This document shows positions 37,927 through 39,924 of a DNA stretch of 39,924 nt, piece after piece (the stretch's first letter is position 1; each line of letters opens with the position of its first letter). The stretch is taken from positions 1-39,924 of the forward strand of contig JBKOUM010000124.1 in the NCBI GenBank assembly GCA_046723385.1, in the 5' to 3' direction. The notes under the pieces are model-generated. The model ran no database searches and was not told the DNA's origin. It saw only the letters and a program-made list of their open reading frames with translations. Source of the stretch: Actinomycetota bacterium (GTDB lineage Bacteria > Actinomycetota > UBA4738 > HRBIN12). The position numbers and the translations under genes are program-made.

Positions 37927-39147
37927 GTGGCGAGCGCCTCCGTCGAGCGGCAGGTGCTGCGGCGGTCGCTCTTCCGACCACGGGAGCCGGCGTTCTGGGT
38001 CTACCTCGCCTTCGTGACGTACGGGGCGTTCCGGATGATCGGCGCGCTCGTGGAGCTCACGGAGATCTCGCGCTCGGGGTGGGCCCTGTCATGGGTCCTC
38101 GTGATCGTGTACGCGCTGCCGCTCGGCGTGCTGATCTACCGGCTCGACCTCTACGAGCGCGAACCGATCTCGCTCGCGATCGGGGCGTTCGCGTGGGGTG
38201 CGTTCGCGGCAACCGCGCTCGCGCTGGACGCGGCCGGATGGGACCAGCTCGTGGGGCGCGTGTTCGGTCAGGACGTCGCGGCGCGGTGGGGCCCGGCCCT
38301 CACCGCCCCGATCATCGAGGAGCTGCTCACCGGTGCGGGCGTCGTCCTGATCTGTCTGATCGGCCAGGACGAGATCGACGACGTGATGGACGGGTTCGTC
38401 TACGGCGCGCTCTGCGGTCTGGGGTTCGCGGTCGTGGAGGACGTCCTGTACTTCATGGCGGCGTTCGGCGGGAGCCCTGAGGGTGTGCTGGAAGGCTTCT
38501 ACGTCCGGGTCGTCTCGAGCGGTCTGTACGGACACGTGTTGTACACGGGGCTCACGGGCATGGGGATCGGCTACCTCGTCTCTCGGCGGGAGGACGTGCC
38601 CACGAAGAAGCGTGCGGCGGTCGCCGTCGCCCTGTTCCTGGCGGCCGTGCTCGGACACGCGCTCTGGAACGCACCGGTCCTCGACCTCGGCCCGACACCA
38701 CCGTTCAGCCTGGCGGACCGGCTCCTGCTGCCGGTCGACCTGGCGGTCAAGGGGTTGCCCTTGCTCCTCGTCGTCGTGATCGGAGTCTCCCTCGCCCGGG
38801 ACCGCGAGCGGCGATGGCTCGACCGTTCGTTGATGCCAGAGATCGGGGGAGAGGGGATCTCGGCCGAGGAGTTCGAGATCCTCCGGGATCCGAAGCTCCG
38901 CCGGCGCGCCCTCGCGGAGATGCGGCGACGCGCCGGGCGGCGGGCCGCGGCGTTGCTCCGACGGCTCCAGCGGGAGCAGGTCAACCTGGCGATGGTCGTG
39001 TCGCGCGCCCCGAGCCGGGACGATCCCGCGATCGAGCGCGAGCGCGAGTACTGCCGGTCGCTCCGCGACGCGCTCGCCGCGATCCCGGGCGCCGCATCCG
39101 CCGACGCCGCCGGCACGTTCGTGGAGCGTCCCGCCCGCGGCGGATAG
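37927..39147 (+). CDS. PrsW family intramembrane metalloprotease
   Basis: LDLYEREP, APIIEE, DGFVYGA..GLGFA..ED, GH..YT, H.LWN. Confidence 0.88.
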   Translation: MASASVERQVLRRSLFRPREPAFWVYLAFVTYGAFRMIGALVELTEISRSGWALSWVLVIVYALPLGVLIYRLDLYEREPISLAIGAFAWGAFAATALALDAAGWDQLVGRVFGQDVAARWGPALTAPIIEELLTGAGVVLICLIGQDEIDDVMDGFVYGALCGLGFAVVEDVLYFMAAFGGSPEGVLEGFYVRVVSSGLYGHVLYTGLTGMGIGYLVSRREDVPTKKRAAVAVALFLAAVLGHALWNAPVLDLGPTPPFSLADRLLLPVDLAVKGLPLLLVVVIGVSLARDRERRWLDRSLMPEIGGEGISAEEFEILRDPKLRRRALAEMRRRAGRRAAALLRRLQREQVNLAMVVSRAPSRDDPAIEREREYCRSLRDALAAIPGAASADAAGTFVERPARGG

Positions 39148-39158
39148 GCTCGCCGCCG

Positions 39159-39924
39159 ATGGAGGTCCCCGGCGACGTCGAGACCCTCGTCGCGGGCGTG
39201 CTCGCGGGCGAGCGCCGCGCGGTCGCCCGCGCGATCTCCCTCGTCGAGGACGGCCGTCCCGAGCTGGAGACGCTGTCCGCGGGGATCTACGGAGCCACCG
39301 GACGCGCCCTCACGGTCGGGATCACCGGCGCTCCCGGGGTCGGGAAGTCCACCCTGGCGGCGGCTCTCGTGGGCGCGGCACGCGCCCACGAGCGCCGGGT
39401 CGCCGTGCTCGCGATCGATCCGACGTCGCCCTACACCGGAGGCGCGTTGTTGGGCGACCGCGTGCGCATGCAGGAACATGCGACCGATCCCGACGTCTTC
39501 ATCCGCTCGATGGCCACCCGGGGCCACCTGGGAGGGATGGCGCTGGCGGCTCCGGAGGGCGTGCGGATCCTCGACGCGGCCGGCTACGACCTGATCATGG
39601 TCGAGACCGTCGGCGTCGGGCAGGCCGAGGTCGACGTTGCGGCGGCCACCGATTCCACGCTCGTCGTCCTCGCCCCGGGGCTCGGCGACGCGGTCCAGAT
39701 GGCGAAGGCCGGGATCCTCGAGGTGGCCGACGTGTTCGTCGTGAACAAGGCGGATCGCGACGGCGCCGCCGACGTCGCCCGAGAGCTCCGCCAGATGCTC
39801 CACCTTGGACCCGCGCGGGCGCACGATCCGCCGGTCCTGCGCGCCGCCGCGTCGCTCGGCGAGGGGGTCGCCGAGGTCTGGGCGGCGATCCAGGAGCACC
39901 TGTCGTGGGCTGAGGCCTCGGGCG
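39159..39924 (+). CDS. meaB: Methylmalonyl-CoA mutase-associated GTPase MeaB/ArgK, runs off the window
   Basis: Not in the ORF track because there is no stop. MEVPGDVETLVAGVLAGERRAVARAISLVE..., GITGAPGVGKST, DPTSPYTGGALLGDRVRM, RSMATRGHLGG, ETVGVGQ, NKAD. Confidence 0.93.
   Translation, partial: MEVPGDVETLVAGVLAGERRAVARAISLVEDGRPELETLSAGIYGATGRALTVGITGAPGVGKSTLAAALVGAARAHERRVAVLAIDPTSPYTGGALLGDRVRMQEHATDPDVFIRSMATRGHLGGMALAAPEGVRILDAAGYDLIMVETVGVGQAEVDVAAATDSTLVVLAPGLGDAVQMAKAGILEVADVFVVNKADRDGAADVARELRQMLHLGPARAHDPPVLRAAASLGEGVAEVWAAIQEHLSWAEASG

Overview
GC-rich bacterial chromosomal window, almost certainly Actinomycetota and probably a deep-branching lineage outside Actinomycetia (inferred from gene order and protein style). 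It is mostly the conserved housekeeping supercluster tRNA-Arg(CCG) / response regulator-argS-hom-thrC-thrB ... tal-rho-rpmE-DUF1385-(DivIVA-like)-prfA-prmC-tsaC-rpiB-glyA-wecA-(potADBC)-atpZIBEFHAGDC-murA. This is followed by a CPBP protease, an SCP2/Zn-ADH/SCP2-like trio, a PrsW protease with an upstream partner, and a partial meaB. The left end carries a partial M20 peptidase, pdxH, a Pr6Pr-type membrane protein and an SMP-30 lactonase. The standout is a three-gene module between thrB and tal-rho: a calcineurin-like metallophosphoesterase, cyclic 2,3-diphosphoglycerate synthetase (cpgS) and 2-phosphoglycerate kinase. This is the archaeal cDPG extremolyte pathway plus a candidate cDPG hydrolase, with cpgS and the kinase coupled by gene overlaps to tal and rho. 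Other signals are a sigma-A-like promoter with a C-rich rut-like tract hidden inside cpgS, a near-perfect Rex operator before the atp operon, many probable leaderless promoters, two degenerate tandem repeats starting at stop codons, and a possible decayed att site downstream of the tRNA. No CRISPR array, rRNA, transposase or integrase was seen. Family calls come from remembered motifs, not database searches.
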